From a bacterium (GTDB lineage: Bacteria; Latescibacterota; UBA2968; UBA8231), in NCBI GenBank assembly GCA_027593305.1, contig JAQCJA010000002.1, positions 1 through 34,055 of the forward strand: 34,055 nucleotides of DNA. The letters run 5' to 3'. The position numbers and the translations under genes were made by a program. Below are positions 1 through 9,140 of this stretch, piece after piece (the stretch's first letter is position 1; every line of letters begins with the position of its first letter). The notes below the pieces were generated by a model, which was given only the letters and a program-made list of their open reading frames with translations, was not told the origin of the DNA and did no database searches.

Positions 1-4
1 CTCG

Positions 5-838
5 ATGGTTGACCCTCTCGACGTATACCTGTTTGACCTGCGCGGCTACATCCATGTGCCGGCGGCGCTGTCCGCCGCGGAAGTGGCCGCCTGCAACAGC
101 ACCCTCGATGGCATCCCAAGGCTGGAACCCGGGCAGTGGTTCGGTCATGTGCACGGCCACACGTACGGCACCAAGGATGGCTACAACTACCAGCAGATCT
201 ATGAGGCGGGGGAAGCCTTCGAGCAACTCATCGATCACCCCTCCTGGTTCGAACGGATCAAGTTTTTCGTCGGCGGCGAAGGCACCTTCGATTACCACCA
301 CGGGCCGTTGTTCATCGATGAGTGTTTTGCCAGCTTCCGCGGTCCCGGGGAAGCCATCGGCATTCATTCCGGCGGCACACCACCAAGCTTGCGCAACCAC
401 TTTCGCTACCACGCCGGCCGTTTCATGTGTGGCCAGGTGAACGCGCTGGTGGCCCTCACCGACATCGGCCCGGGGGACGGCGGCACGATGTTGATCCCCG
501 GCAGCCACAAAGCAAACTTCCCGCATCCGCATCAGGACAGGCACCGCATGAAACCCGAAGGCGCCACCGTCGAAGGCATCGAGGGCGCCGTGGAAGTGCC
601 CATGCAGGCGGGGGACGCCATCATCTTCACCGACGGCATCGCCCACGGATCGGCGCGACGTATCAATGCGGGGCAACGGCGGGTCTGTGTGATCCGCTAC
701 GGGCCCTCGTGGGGCAATTTCCGCCATGGCTACGCACCTTCGGCACAACTGCTGGCACGCCTCACACCACAACGCCGCAGGATCGTCCAACCCTTGGACC
801 TGTTGCCGCGTGAACCCCAGATGCAGGAGGGATCATGA
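5..838 (+). CDS. Phytanoyl-CoA dioxygenase (PhyH) family Fe(II)/2-oxoglutarate oxygenase-like protein with a variant H-S-G motif
   Basis: 277-aa ORF starting at ATG 5; it may extend upstream of the window. The N-terminus 'FDLRGYIHVPAALSAAEV' and the motifs 'GGTMLIPGSHKANFP' and 'IIFTDGIAHGS..R' are typical of the PhyH fold. The stop overlaps the next start (ATGA at 835-838). Confidence 0.8.
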   Translation: MVDPLDVYLFDLRGYIHVPAALSAAEVAACNSTLDGIPRLEPGQWFGHVHGHTYGTKDGYNYQQIYEAGEAFEQLIDHPSWFERIKFFVGGEGTFDYHHGPLFIDECFASFRGPGEAIGIHSGGTPPSLRNHFRYHAGRFMCGQVNALVALTDIGPGDGGTMLIPGSHKANFPHPHQDRHRMKPEGATVEGIEGAVEVPMQAGDAIIFTDGIAHGSARRINAGQRRVCVIRYGPSWGNFRHGYAPSAQLLARLTPQRRRIVQPLDLLPREPQMQEGS

Positions 839-1755
839 ACGACAACCTGCTCATCATCGGCGGCAGCGGTTTCGTCAGTGGGACGATGGCCCGCAGGGCG
901 GTGGCTGCCGGTTGGGATGTCTGGGTGGTGACCCGTGGCCAGCGAACGCTGCCTGCGGGGGTCCATGCCATCGTCGCCGACCGCAAGCAGACGGGCGCCT
1001 TTGCGGCGCAGATCAGCGCCGCCATGAAGGGCGCCGGAATCGAACGGTTTGATCTGGTCGCCGACTGCATCGGCTACGATGTGGACGACGCCCTGCAGGA
1101 TGTGGCGGTCTTTCGTGACCGGGCGCGGCAACTGGTGTTCGTCTCGACGGACTTCGTTTTTGATCCCGTCCACCGCCACTTTCCGCAGGGGGAAACCTCC
1201 GCCCATTACCTGCCGGATGGGTATGGTGGCAACAAGCGCCTGTGCGAAATGGAACTGCTGCGCAGTGCTTGCGGCGACATGAGCTGGACCGTCGTGCGCC
1301 CGTGCCACATCTATGGACCCGGTTCGCTGCTGGGTTGCCTGCCCACCCACGGCCGCGACAAACAATTGCTCAAGCGCCTGCGGGCGGGTGAAGCCCTGCG
1401 CCTGGTGGGCGGCGGTCACTTTCTGCAACAGCCGATTCTGGCACAGGACCTGGCGGATCTCATGCTTGGCATGGTCCACCGCACCGATCTCCACCAGCGC
1501 ATCTTTCAGGCAGCCGGGCCGGATGTCGTCGAGTCCGTCGCCTACTACCGCATCATCGCCGACATTGTCGGCGTCGAGCTTGGTGTGGAGGAACTTCCCG
1601 TCGGCGAGTTTCTGGCACAGAATCCTGCGTCCGCGTCTTTTCTCTGCCATCGCATCTATGATCTGGGCAACCTGCAGCAGGCGGCCTTGCCGGTGCCTGC
1701 CACACCCCTGCGGACGGGGCTGGCCCAACAGGTGGCGGCACTGGACGCGCAATGA
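835..1755 (+). CDS. NAD-dependent epimerase/dehydratase (extended SDR) family protein
   Basis: 306 aa. N-terminal Rossmann motif 'LLIIGGSGFVSG'. AGGAGG Shine-Dalgarno sequence upstream. ATGA overlap with the upstream PhyH gene. Confidence 0.85.
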   Translation: MNDNLLIIGGSGFVSGTMARRAVAAGWDVWVVTRGQRTLPAGVHAIVADRKQTGAFAAQISAAMKGAGIERFDLVADCIGYDVDDALQDVAVFRDRARQLVFVSTDFVFDPVHRHFPQGETSAHYLPDGYGGNKRLCEMELLRSACGDMSWTVVRPCHIYGPGSLLGCLPTHGRDKQLLKRLRAGEALRLVGGGHFLQQPILAQDLADLMLGMVHRTDLHQRIFQAAGPDVVESVAYYRIIADIVGVELGVEELPVGEFLAQNPASASFLCHRIYDLGNLQQAALPVPATPLRTGLAQQVAALDAQ

Positions 1756-1795
1756 GATCGGCGCAGGCGTCCAGTGCCATCGTGCGGCGGGAAAG

Positions 1796-2389
1796 CTAAC
1801 CCGGGCAGACTGCCAGCATACGCACGACGCCCTCCGTGCGACCATCGGGTCGTACGAACAGCCCGTCGTCGAAGTGCACCAGGTGCCAATCCTGAAAGGC
1901 CGCCCGTATGGCATCGGGTTCGGCCAGATGTGTTGCACTTTTCGGTCCCCACCCCTGACCCAGCTGGCGGCAACTGAAGGTGTGCAGGAGGAAGTGTCCC
2001 CCGGGCCGCAGCATCCGGCACAACCTGGGAAACATATCGGGCTGCAGGTAGCAGACCATTGTCACCAGATCCCAGCAGGCGCTGCCCGCATCCCAGGTGG
2101 TCAGATCGGCGACGACGGTGTGCACCTCGACACCACGCTCCTGCGCCTGACGGCGGCACCAGGCCAGACCCGAAGGGGAGATATCCGTCGCCGTCACCGA
2201 CCAGCCCCGGGTGGCCAGGTAGACCGCATTACGGCCGGCGCCAGCTGCCAGACACAGGGCCTGACCCGGGCTCAGGGAGCCGGTGATATCGACAACAAAG
2301 GGGGTCGGGTCGCGATCCGGCTCGTAGCCCTCTTCGGTGTAGCGCGCTTCCCATTTGTGTGTCGCGTCGCTGTCGGCCATGGAAGCCAT
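1796..2389 (-). CDS. Class I SAM-dependent methyltransferase (TehB-like)
   Basis: 197 aa. SAM-binding motif I 'ALCLAAGAGRNAVYLA', followed by 'VTATDIS' and 'LRPGGHFLL'. Convergent with the epimerase gene. Confidence 0.85.
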   Translation of the reverse strand: MASMADSDATHKWEARYTEEGYEPDRDPTPFVVDITGSLSPGQALCLAAGAGRNAVYLATRGWSVTATDISPSGLAWCRRQAQERGVEVHTVVADLTTWDAGSACWDLVTMVCYLQPDMFPRLCRMLRPGGHFLLHTFSCRQLGQGWGPKSATHLAEPDAIRAAFQDWHLVHFDDGLFVRPDGRTEGVVRMLAVCPG

Positions 2390-2429
2390 GGGCTTTTCCC
2401 CCTGAATTCTTACTAGATTTATGCGTGTT

Positions 2430-2458
2430 TTGACTTTTCGTACCCCTTGTGCTCACAT
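2430..2458 (+). promoter_or_regulatory. Possible sigma70-type promoter (TTGACT-N17-TCACAT) in an AT-richer divergent intergenic region
   Basis: TTGACT lies at 2430-2435, followed by a 17-nt spacer and a weak -10 element TCACAT (3/6 match). If real, the HDOD gene would start downstream of 2447, for example at GTG 2468. Confidence 0.2.
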
Positions 2459-4234
2459 TCGAGTCCCGTGACTGAGACCCTGAGACAAGCACCAGCGCGC
2501 CAGATCTTCTACGCGATCCTCGGCGAACCGATTCCGAAGAACACGGCTCTGCTCCGTACGTCGGACGAATATCGCCACTTTCGCAGCATCTATCTGGCCC
2601 AGAAGCAACTCAACAAGCTCATTGAGGAGTCGCAGCTGGACGCCGAGGTGCGGCTCATCATGATCGACCGCACCTCCGACATTCCACGCAAGCTCTGGGA
2701 CCTGTCCCACGCCACCTGCGCCATCATCTTTGGCCCCAATTTTCCGCGCTTGTCGGAAGCCACGATCCGCCTCTGGGCGACGTCCGGCCAGGAGCGTTAC
2801 ATCGTCGTCTGTCACAATCCCAAGCGCGCCCTCTTCGACTACGAACGCCTGCAGCGGTTCAGTGCCGAGCTCAATGTTCGGGGATATTCTTCCGCCTCGA
2901 CCGAGATCGAGACGAAGGCCTTCTGGAGCAATTTCTTCGACGCGGAGTTGTGCCCGTTGATCCGGCAGAAGGCGGCGACCTTTACCGGCGCTGACCTGGC
3001 AGCGGCGGAGAGGCTGCTGTCGCGCGAAAAGGCGTCGGCGGCGCTGAACGCTGACCCGACGACGATGGACCTGCTCCCCGGTTTCCCGCATGTGGCGCGC
3101 AAGGCCATCGCCGCCATCGATGCTGACAAGTCCCATACGGCGGTCGCCCGCATCGTGGAACCCGATGGACCGCTGACGGCAACCATCGTGCGTACAGCGA
3201 ATCTGGCCCGCTACGGCGCGCGCCAACGGATCGAAACACTGGCCAATGCCCTGGCCATGATCGGCATGGAGGAAACCCGCCAGATCCTTACCGGGCGGGC
3301 CATGAACGAGTTGGTGCGCAAGGTCGATCAGTCCGGCTTCGTCGCCAAGGACTTTTTCGCCCACAGCGTCAGTACCGGCTACATGGCGCAACTGCTGCAG
3401 CTCAATGTCGAATCACCCTCCCCCCGGCAGCAGGAAGTACTCAAGTCCCTGTCTCTGCCCCCCTTCGTTATCGATGTCCTGCGCCGCTTTGGTTCGTGGA
3501 AACGTTTCAAGGGTGTACATGGGGCTTTTGATCCCTTTACCGCCGGCATTCTGCACGACGTGGGCAAGGTGCTCAACACCGTCTGCTACAAGGACACCTA
3601 CCCCCTGGTGCTGTACGAAATGGAGCGCAGCAAGTGGCAGACGCGTCTGCTGGACTGCGAGCGGGCCGTCGTTGGTGACCTGCAGCATCCGGTGACGTCC
3701 GGCGCACTGCTGGAGCGGTGGGAAGTATTCCCCCGCCTCGTGGAGCCCATCCGCAATCACCATCAGGTCGACGAACAGAGCGCCCCGGAGACGGCCCTGG
3801 TGGCGCTGGCCAATTGTCTGGTGAAGGGAATGTTCCCCTTCCCGCGCGTGATTTCCATCCCGGAAGAGTACCGCTCCGTGCACTTGTACCCGGCATCGGA
3901 CGAGTTCCCTCTGACCAACCCGCTGCCCGGGCTGTTCCGGCAGCATGCCAAATGGTTCGAGGCGGGATATGACGAACTCAAGCTGACAGCGGATGAGGTC
4001 GAGTCCGGCCGCTACCAGGAACGCACCGTTGAGGCCCTCATCGCCATCGCCCGCGAGGCGGTCGAGCGTGACCCGCGAGTCTATTCTGAAGCGCTCTCGG
4101 CGCAGAATCCGGAGTTGTTCGATCTGGTGGAGTGGACGGACGTGTCAGCCGGAGACTGGCTTGCCTTCAGTCTGCTGGTGAACCAGACGATCTCGAACGC
4201 CGTCAACCGCCTGCTGGCCAGCACCAGCCACTGA
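2447..4234 (+). CDS. HDOD domain-containing signalling protein with unassigned N- and C-terminal regions
   Basis: 595-aa ORF. The central region carries HDOD hallmarks: 'IVRTANLARYGARQRIETLANALAMIGMEETRQIL', 'GILHDVGKV' and 'IRNHH'. The start is uncertain (TTG 2447 or GTG 2468) and no clear SD sequence is present. Confidence 0.8.
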   Translation: MCSHSSPVTETLRQAPARQIFYAILGEPIPKNTALLRTSDEYRHFRSIYLAQKQLNKLIEESQLDAEVRLIMIDRTSDIPRKLWDLSHATCAIIFGPNFPRLSEATIRLWATSGQERYIVVCHNPKRALFDYERLQRFSAELNVRGYSSASTEIETKAFWSNFFDAELCPLIRQKAATFTGADLAAAERLLSREKASAALNADPTTMDLLPGFPHVARKAIAAIDADKSHTAVARIVEPDGPLTATIVRTANLARYGARQRIETLANALAMIGMEETRQILTGRAMNELVRKVDQSGFVAKDFFAHSVSTGYMAQLLQLNVESPSPRQQEVLKSLSLPPFVIDVLRRFGSWKRFKGVHGAFDPFTAGILHDVGKVLNTVCYKDTYPLVLYEMERSKWQTRLLDCERAVVGDLQHPVTSGALLERWEVFPRLVEPIRNHHQVDEQSAPETALVALANCLVKGMFPFPRVISIPEEYRSVHLYPASDEFPLTNPLPGLFRQHAKWFEAGYDELKLTADEVESGRYQERTVEALIAIAREAVERDPRVYSEALSAQNPELFDLVEWTDVSAGDWLAFSLLVNQTISNAVNRLLASTSH

Positions 4235-4304
4235 CGGGCCCCCCGGGGCACACATCTGAAGGCCCCGGCGCCTTTGGCGGTCCCGTCCATCAGGAGACCC
4301 GACC

Positions 4305-6599
4305 GTGTCCAGCCTCGCCGTCACTGTTCGTTTCTGTCACGGGAGCCGGCTGTGCCTGCTGTCATGGATTGCAGCCGCCCTCGTCGCCTGTGGACCGACG
4401 GTACCAACACTGTCCCCGGAGCCCGTCATGAATACCCGGATCCTTCTGCCCCAGGTTCCGACGGCGGCCGAAACACGTGCCGCTGCCCTGCTGGCCGAGC
4501 ACCTCGGCCGCTGGCAGGGGATCGCTGTGCCCATCCTCGCTGATGACACGCCGTCACACGCCGGTGACATCCTGATCGGCCACAACCGGCAGACGCAGAA
4601 GCTCGGGATCGACAGGGGCGATGTTTCCCTTGGGGAAGATGCTTTCGCCCTGCGCAGTGTCGAAGGTCGGCTCATCATCGTTGGTGGGTCGGCCAAGGGT
4701 CCGATCTATGGTGCGGCAACGTTCCTGGAGGACCATCTCGGCTTCCGCTTGTATGCGCCGGGCGTGATGGTCTCACCCGCCCCGGGGCCCATCACGATTG
4801 TGCAGGATCTCGACGTCGTGCAGATCCCGCGCCTTGAGTTCCGCTCCGACTACTATCGCGGTGCCTGGGATCCGGCCTTTGCCGAATGGCACAAGCTCGA
4901 CCACCATGGGGATGAGTGGGGCCTGTGGGTTCATACCTTTGCCGGTCTGGTGCCTCCGGATGACTACTTCGACACACATCCCGAGTGGTTTGCCGAAGTC
5001 GATGGGCGACGGATCCCCCACGGCCAATTGTGCCTGACGAACGAGGGGATGTATCAGACCCTGGTGACCCATCTGCGACAGCGCATCGATGCGGAACCGG
5101 AAAAGAAGTACTGGTCCGTGAGTCAGAACGACACCTATGGCTTCTGCACCTGTGACCGGTGTGCGGCGATCGATGCGCACCAGGAGGCCCACTCCGGGTC
5201 GCTGCTGCGTTTCATCAACCGCGTCGCCGGTGATTTTCCTGACAGGACCATCTCCACCCTCGCCTATCAGTACTCTCGCAAGGCGCCCAGGGATCTGCGC
5301 CCCGCCCACAACGTGCTGGTTGTGCTGGCCCCCATCGAGTTGAACCGATCCCGGCCGGTGGTGACGGACCCATCGGCTGCGGGTTTCCGCGCCGAACTGG
5401 AAGACTGGGCGCGAAGCACCGATCGCCTGCTGATCTGGGATTACGTCATCCAGTTCTCCAACCTCGTCAGCCCCTTTCCCAACCTGCGTGTGCTGCAACC
5501 CAACCTGCAGTACTACGTCGACAACGCTGCCGTCGCCCACTTCCAGCAGGGCAATCGCGAAGTCGGCGGCGAATGGGCGGAACTGCGCAGCTACCTGATC
5601 GCCAAGCTGCTGTGGAATCCGGACGTCGATGTGGAGGGCGTGATGGACGATTTTCTCGTCGGCTACTACGGCGCCGCCGCCGCGCCCCACCTGCGCGCCT
5701 ACATCGACACGCAGCACGATGCCCTTGCCGCTTCGGGTGCGGACCTGAACATTTTCGGCAACCCGGTCAGCGCCGCCCGATCCTACCTGACACCAACACT
5801 CATGGCCACCTACAACGCGCAATTCGACGCCGCCGAAGAGGCTGCCAGCGACAGCCAAGTGCACGTGCGGCGCATCCGCTGGGCGCGCCAGCCCCTGCGT
5901 TTCACCTGGCTCGAGCAGGCCAAGACTCGCGCCACCGGCGCCGATGGCTTGTTCGAACGGGGTGCCGATGGCAACTGGCAAGCTCGCCGTGAGGTTCTGC
6001 AGCGACTGGCTGCATTCGTCGCCATCGCCCAGGATCAGGGCGTCACCCGGGTCCATGAGTGGCATACGTCACCGGCCGAGTATGGCGATCGCTACCGCGA
6101 AGTACTGCAGCGGGTGCCGGTGGATCATCTGGCCGTGGATCGTACCCCGGATTTCACCCCGCCCTTCAGCTCGAAATACCCCGCCCATGGCGCCGCCACC
6201 TTGGTCGACGGGCTGCAAGGTCCCATCGACCACAGCTTTGGCTGGCTTGGTTGGGAGGGTGAGGATCTGCAGGCGACCCTCGATCTGGGCGCGCCACAGT
6301 CCGTGCGCCGTGTGTCCATGAGTTTCCTGCAGTCCATCAACTCGTGGATCTGGTTGCCGCTGAAACTGGAGGCAGATCTGTCCGACGACGGCAGCACCTG
6401 GTACACAGCAGGCGCAGCGACGGCCACCGCTGACGAGCACCAGGGCTCGATTTTCACCGCGTCCTTCCGCGCCGAATTCTCCCCGACAACCGCACGCTAC
6501 GTGCGCGTGCGCGTCACCAGTCGGCGCAACTGTCCGGACTGGCACATCGGCGCCGCCAGCCCCGCCTGGATTTTCACCGACGAGATCATCGTGCAGTAA
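4305..6599 (+). CDS. DUF4838-family glycoside-hydrolase-like lipoprotein with a C-terminal F5/8 type C (discoidin) domain
   Basis: 764 aa, GTG start with AGGAG 8 nt upstream. Lipobox 'LVAC'. DUF4838-like motifs 'HPEWFAEVDGRR..GQLCLTN' and 'CTCDRC'. The C-terminus 'ATLVDGLQGP...WLGWEGEDLQATLDLG' is discoidin-like. Confidence 0.75.
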   Translation: MSSLAVTVRFCHGSRLCLLSWIAAALVACGPTVPTLSPEPVMNTRILLPQVPTAAETRAAALLAEHLGRWQGIAVPILADDTPSHAGDILIGHNRQTQKLGIDRGDVSLGEDAFALRSVEGRLIIVGGSAKGPIYGAATFLEDHLGFRLYAPGVMVSPAPGPITIVQDLDVVQIPRLEFRSDYYRGAWDPAFAEWHKLDHHGDEWGLWVHTFAGLVPPDDYFDTHPEWFAEVDGRRIPHGQLCLTNEGMYQTLVTHLRQRIDAEPEKKYWSVSQNDTYGFCTCDRCAAIDAHQEAHSGSLLRFINRVAGDFPDRTISTLAYQYSRKAPRDLRPAHNVLVVLAPIELNRSRPVVTDPSAAGFRAELEDWARSTDRLLIWDYVIQFSNLVSPFPNLRVLQPNLQYYVDNAAVAHFQQGNREVGGEWAELRSYLIAKLLWNPDVDVEGVMDDFLVGYYGAAAAPHLRAYIDTQHDALAASGADLNIFGNPVSAARSYLTPTLMATYNAQFDAAEEAASDSQVHVRRIRWARQPLRFTWLEQAKTRATGADGLFERGADGNWQARREVLQRLAAFVAIAQDQGVTRVHEWHTSPAEYGDRYREVLQRVPVDHLAVDRTPDFTPPFSSKYPAHGAATLVDGLQGPIDHSFGWLGWEGEDLQATLDLGAPQSVRRVSMSFLQSINSWIWLPLKLEADLSDDGSTWYTAGAATATADEHQGSIFTASFRAEFSPTTARYVRVRVTSRRNCPDWHIGAASPAWIFTDEIIVQ

Positions 6600-6696
6600 G
6601 TGTGCCGACCACGTCCCGGGCCTCGCCAGTGGCCAGCAAAAACCCCAGTTTAGGGCACGGTGGAAGAATCCAGCGCAGAACCTGAAGGAGCCCAGG

Positions 6697-8181
6697 ATGG
6701 ACCGCCCCAATCTCCTTTTCATCATGCCCGACCAACTGCGCGCTGACTTCCTCAGCTGTTATGGCGCGGACTTTATCAACACGCCACACATCGATTCACT
6801 GGCTGACGAAGGGGTCCTCTACCCGCATGCGTACTCCCCCTCCCCGGTGTGTGTACCAGCCCGTTGCCTGCTGCTCACCGGACGGGACGCCATCGCCAAC
6901 GGCGTACTGGGCAACGACCATTTCCTGCGTCCTGACCTTGCCGAAACCGGTGTACGCACGTGGCCCCAGATCCTCGGGGACGCCGGCTACATGACGGCAG
7001 CCATCGGCAAGATGCACTTCTACCCGTGGGATGCAGCCCTCGGCTTCGAGCATCGTGTCATCTGTGAGGACAAGCGCTGGCTGGACATCCAGGACGATTA
7101 CTACCACCATCTGGCCCGCAAGGGCCTGCGCAAACTGCACGGCAACGAGCACGAAGGCTACCAGGAGAATCGTGGCGCCATCATCTGTCCGTACGAACTC
7201 GACGATTCGTGGGACGGCTTCGTCGGTTCCCAGGCAGAGCGCTTCCTCCGCCAGTACGACGATGAGCGCCCCTTCGCTGCCATGGTCGGCTTTCCCGGAC
7301 CACACTGTCCGTACGATCCCTGCGCCGAGTATGCTGCCCTGTTCGACCCTGCCCACATGCCGACGCCGGCTCCCTATGTGGCGGCGCAGGATCAGGACAT
7401 GGTCGAGGCCAATGTGCGCAGCAATCGTGGCACCTGGAACGGCGTCGACTATGCCGAGTTCAGCGACACACACAAGGCCAGGGTGCGGGCCCACTATGCG
7501 GCTCTGGTGCAACAGATCGATGACCAGGTGGGGCGCATTCTACAGGCTTTGGAAGAGACCGGACGGCTCGACAATACCATCATCATTTTCTCCTCCGATC
7601 ACGGCGACATGCTCGGCGACCACGGTCTCATCGGCAAGACGAACTTTTATGAGGGAAGCTGTCACGTGCCGCTGCTGGTCCGTCAGCCGGGCGGCGGTGG
7701 GCGACGTGTCGATGCATCACTGGTGTCGTTGGCGGATGTGACGGCAACACTGCTGGCTCTGGCCGGTGTGGATCGACCGCACTGGTATGATTCACAACTG
7801 CTGCCCGGACTCGGCGTTGGGACCCGGGCACGGCAGCGCATCTTCGGTTTCCTCGGCAATGCTGTGATGAACTTCGACGGCCGTTACAAGTGGGTGAAGT
7901 ACACCAACGGCACACAGTTGCTCTTTGACCTCGACACGGACCCGCAGGAAGTGACGGATCTGTCCTGCACCGAGGCGGGCCGCCCCATCGCCCGGCGCCT
8001 CGATGGCGAGTTGACGACACAGCTGCTGCGCTCCATCCAGGGGGCTCATTCCGAACGCCTCGTCGCCCACGAAACACTGTGGGACAGTGCCGCCTTTGGC
8101 CAGCCTCACTGGCAACGCGTCTATCCACAACCCATGCAGGAGTCGGGGCGGATGACAGACGGTTATGACAGACGCCTGTGA
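6697..8181 (+). CDS. Sulfatase (formylglycine-dependent, arylsulfatase family), no signal peptide
   Basis: 494 aa. 'PNLLFIMPDQLR' sits at residues 4-15. The sulfatase signature C-x-P-x-R occurs in 'SPVCVPARCLLLTGR', and 'FSSDHGDMLGDHG' is present. GAAGGAG SD sequence upstream. Confidence 0.9.
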   Translation: MDRPNLLFIMPDQLRADFLSCYGADFINTPHIDSLADEGVLYPHAYSPSPVCVPARCLLLTGRDAIANGVLGNDHFLRPDLAETGVRTWPQILGDAGYMTAAIGKMHFYPWDAALGFEHRVICEDKRWLDIQDDYYHHLARKGLRKLHGNEHEGYQENRGAIICPYELDDSWDGFVGSQAERFLRQYDDERPFAAMVGFPGPHCPYDPCAEYAALFDPAHMPTPAPYVAAQDQDMVEANVRSNRGTWNGVDYAEFSDTHKARVRAHYAALVQQIDDQVGRILQALEETGRLDNTIIIFSSDHGDMLGDHGLIGKTNFYEGSCHVPLLVRQPGGGGRRVDASLVSLADVTATLLALAGVDRPHWYDSQLLPGLGVGTRARQRIFGFLGNAVMNFDGRYKWVKYTNGTQLLFDLDTDPQEVTDLSCTEAGRPIARRLDGELTTQLLRSIQGAHSERLVAHETLWDSAAFGQPHWQRVYPQPMQESGRMTDGYDRRL

Positions 8182-9140
8182 CTGACGCTTATCATCGTTG
8201 GCTGCAACCACAGAACTGGGTCCGTGACGGTGACGCAGAGCCCGTCATCGGCCTGGGTCCACAGGGCGCCTTTGACGACATGCACCTGTTTGCGCCCTGT
8301 GCGTTCTACGAAGCCGGCCAGTATCGCATGTACTACCCCGGCTCACGAGGAGATGTGGCAGGGCGCGTCTTCCGCCTGGGCCACGCCTCCAGTGCCGACG
8401 GCGTGTACTTCCGCAAACATCCCCAGTGGCCCGTGTTTGAAGTCGGCGATGATGCGCACTCGGTGTTGACGCCGGCCTTGTTGCGCCGCGGTTGTGGCGA
8501 CGTCGTGCGCGAGATCGATCGCCTGCGGCTGTGGTTCTCCAGCTCCCACTTGGCCGGCGGCACGGGTCGCCACACACTGCACAGCACCTCCAGCGGCGAC
8601 GGCTTCAACTGGGATGTGCCCTCTGCAGTACAGCTGGAAAACTGTTACGCTCCCAGCGTGTTGAAAGTGGGTGACATCTACCACTTGTGGTTCAGTGATG
8701 TCGCCACCGAGCCCTGGACCGTTCGCCATGCCCGCAGTGACGATGGTCTCTGCTGGACCCTGGACCCACAGCCCTGCCTCGGGCTCGATCAGACGTGGGA
8801 GCACGAGCGTCTGTTCTATCCCTACGTGCTCAATCCGGAGCCGGGCCTGTTCGTCATGTGGTACGGAAGTTATTCGCAGATGGAGCCGATGATGACCGCC
8901 CTCGGTGTGGCCGTAAGTCGCGATGGTGTCGTCTGGGAAAAGAGCCCGCACAACCCGGTCTTCGGCCCCGACGAGACTGCGCGCGCTTGGGAGTCCCACT
9001 ACACCACCAGCCAGACGGTGGTGCAATTGCCGCAAGGCGGCTGGCGGATCTGGTACGGCGCCCGACCCAGGCCACCCTTCGCACACAAGTACTTCGCCAT
9101 CGGCACCGCCTGCTGGGATGGCCCGGAGAACGACAGATGA
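8178..9140 (+). CDS. Five-bladed beta-propeller glycosidase-like protein (GH43/GH130-type fold)
   Basis: 320 aa. It has repeated blade-like units ('YRMYYPGS..LGHASSADGVYF', 'LRLWFSS..STSSGDGFNW', 'YHLWFSD..ARSDDGLCW', 'FVMWYGS..VAVSRDGVVW', 'WRIWYGA'). GTGA overlap with the sulfatase stop. Confidence 0.6.
   Translation: MTDAYHRWLQPQNWVRDGDAEPVIGLGPQGAFDDMHLFAPCAFYEAGQYRMYYPGSRGDVAGRVFRLGHASSADGVYFRKHPQWPVFEVGDDAHSVLTPALLRRGCGDVVREIDRLRLWFSSSHLAGGTGRHTLHSTSSGDGFNWDVPSAVQLENCYAPSVLKVGDIYHLWFSDVATEPWTVRHARSDDGLCWTLDPQPCLGLDQTWEHERLFYPYVLNPEPGLFVMWYGSYSQMEPMMTALGVAVSRDGVVWEKSPHNPVFGPDETARAWESHYTTSQTVVQLPQGGWRIWYGARPRPPFAHKYFAIGTACWDGPENDR

Noticed and set aside
243-256. GGTTCGAA-type T-loop-like strings, seen here and in the MFS and kinase genes, as hints of tRNA genes.
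   Set aside because: All lie inside well-supported coding frames, and no flanking acceptor or anticodon stem complementarity was evident. No tRNA was called.
730-1938. Long antisense or out-of-frame ORFs throughout the window, for example 730-1938(-), 4773-6065(-), 8999-10180(-), 22061-23503(-), 26005-27435(-), 27180-28910(-), 32537-33886(-) and 1313-2416(+).
   Set aside because: Each overlaps a gene with clear family motifs in another frame. Their translations are Arg/Pro/Gly/Ala-rich low-complexity sequence without motifs, as expected from stop-codon depletion in GC-rich sequence.
4235-4304. GC-rich palindromic runs (gggccccccggggc, ccggcgcc) after the HDOD gene as a possible rho-independent terminator.
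   Set aside because: The stems would leave loops that are too short, and no T-tract follows. This is not convincing as a terminator.
8795-9136. 5' extensions of track ORFs beyond the starts I chose: 8795-9136, 13162-13293, 16667-16873, 20030-20185, 24093-24347, 26248-26415 and 32345-32554.
   Set aside because: The extensions overlap the preceding gene or translate to implausible Arg/Pro-rich sequence. In each case the conserved family N-terminus begins at an internal ATG or GTG, often forming an ATGA/GTGA overlap or following an SD sequence.
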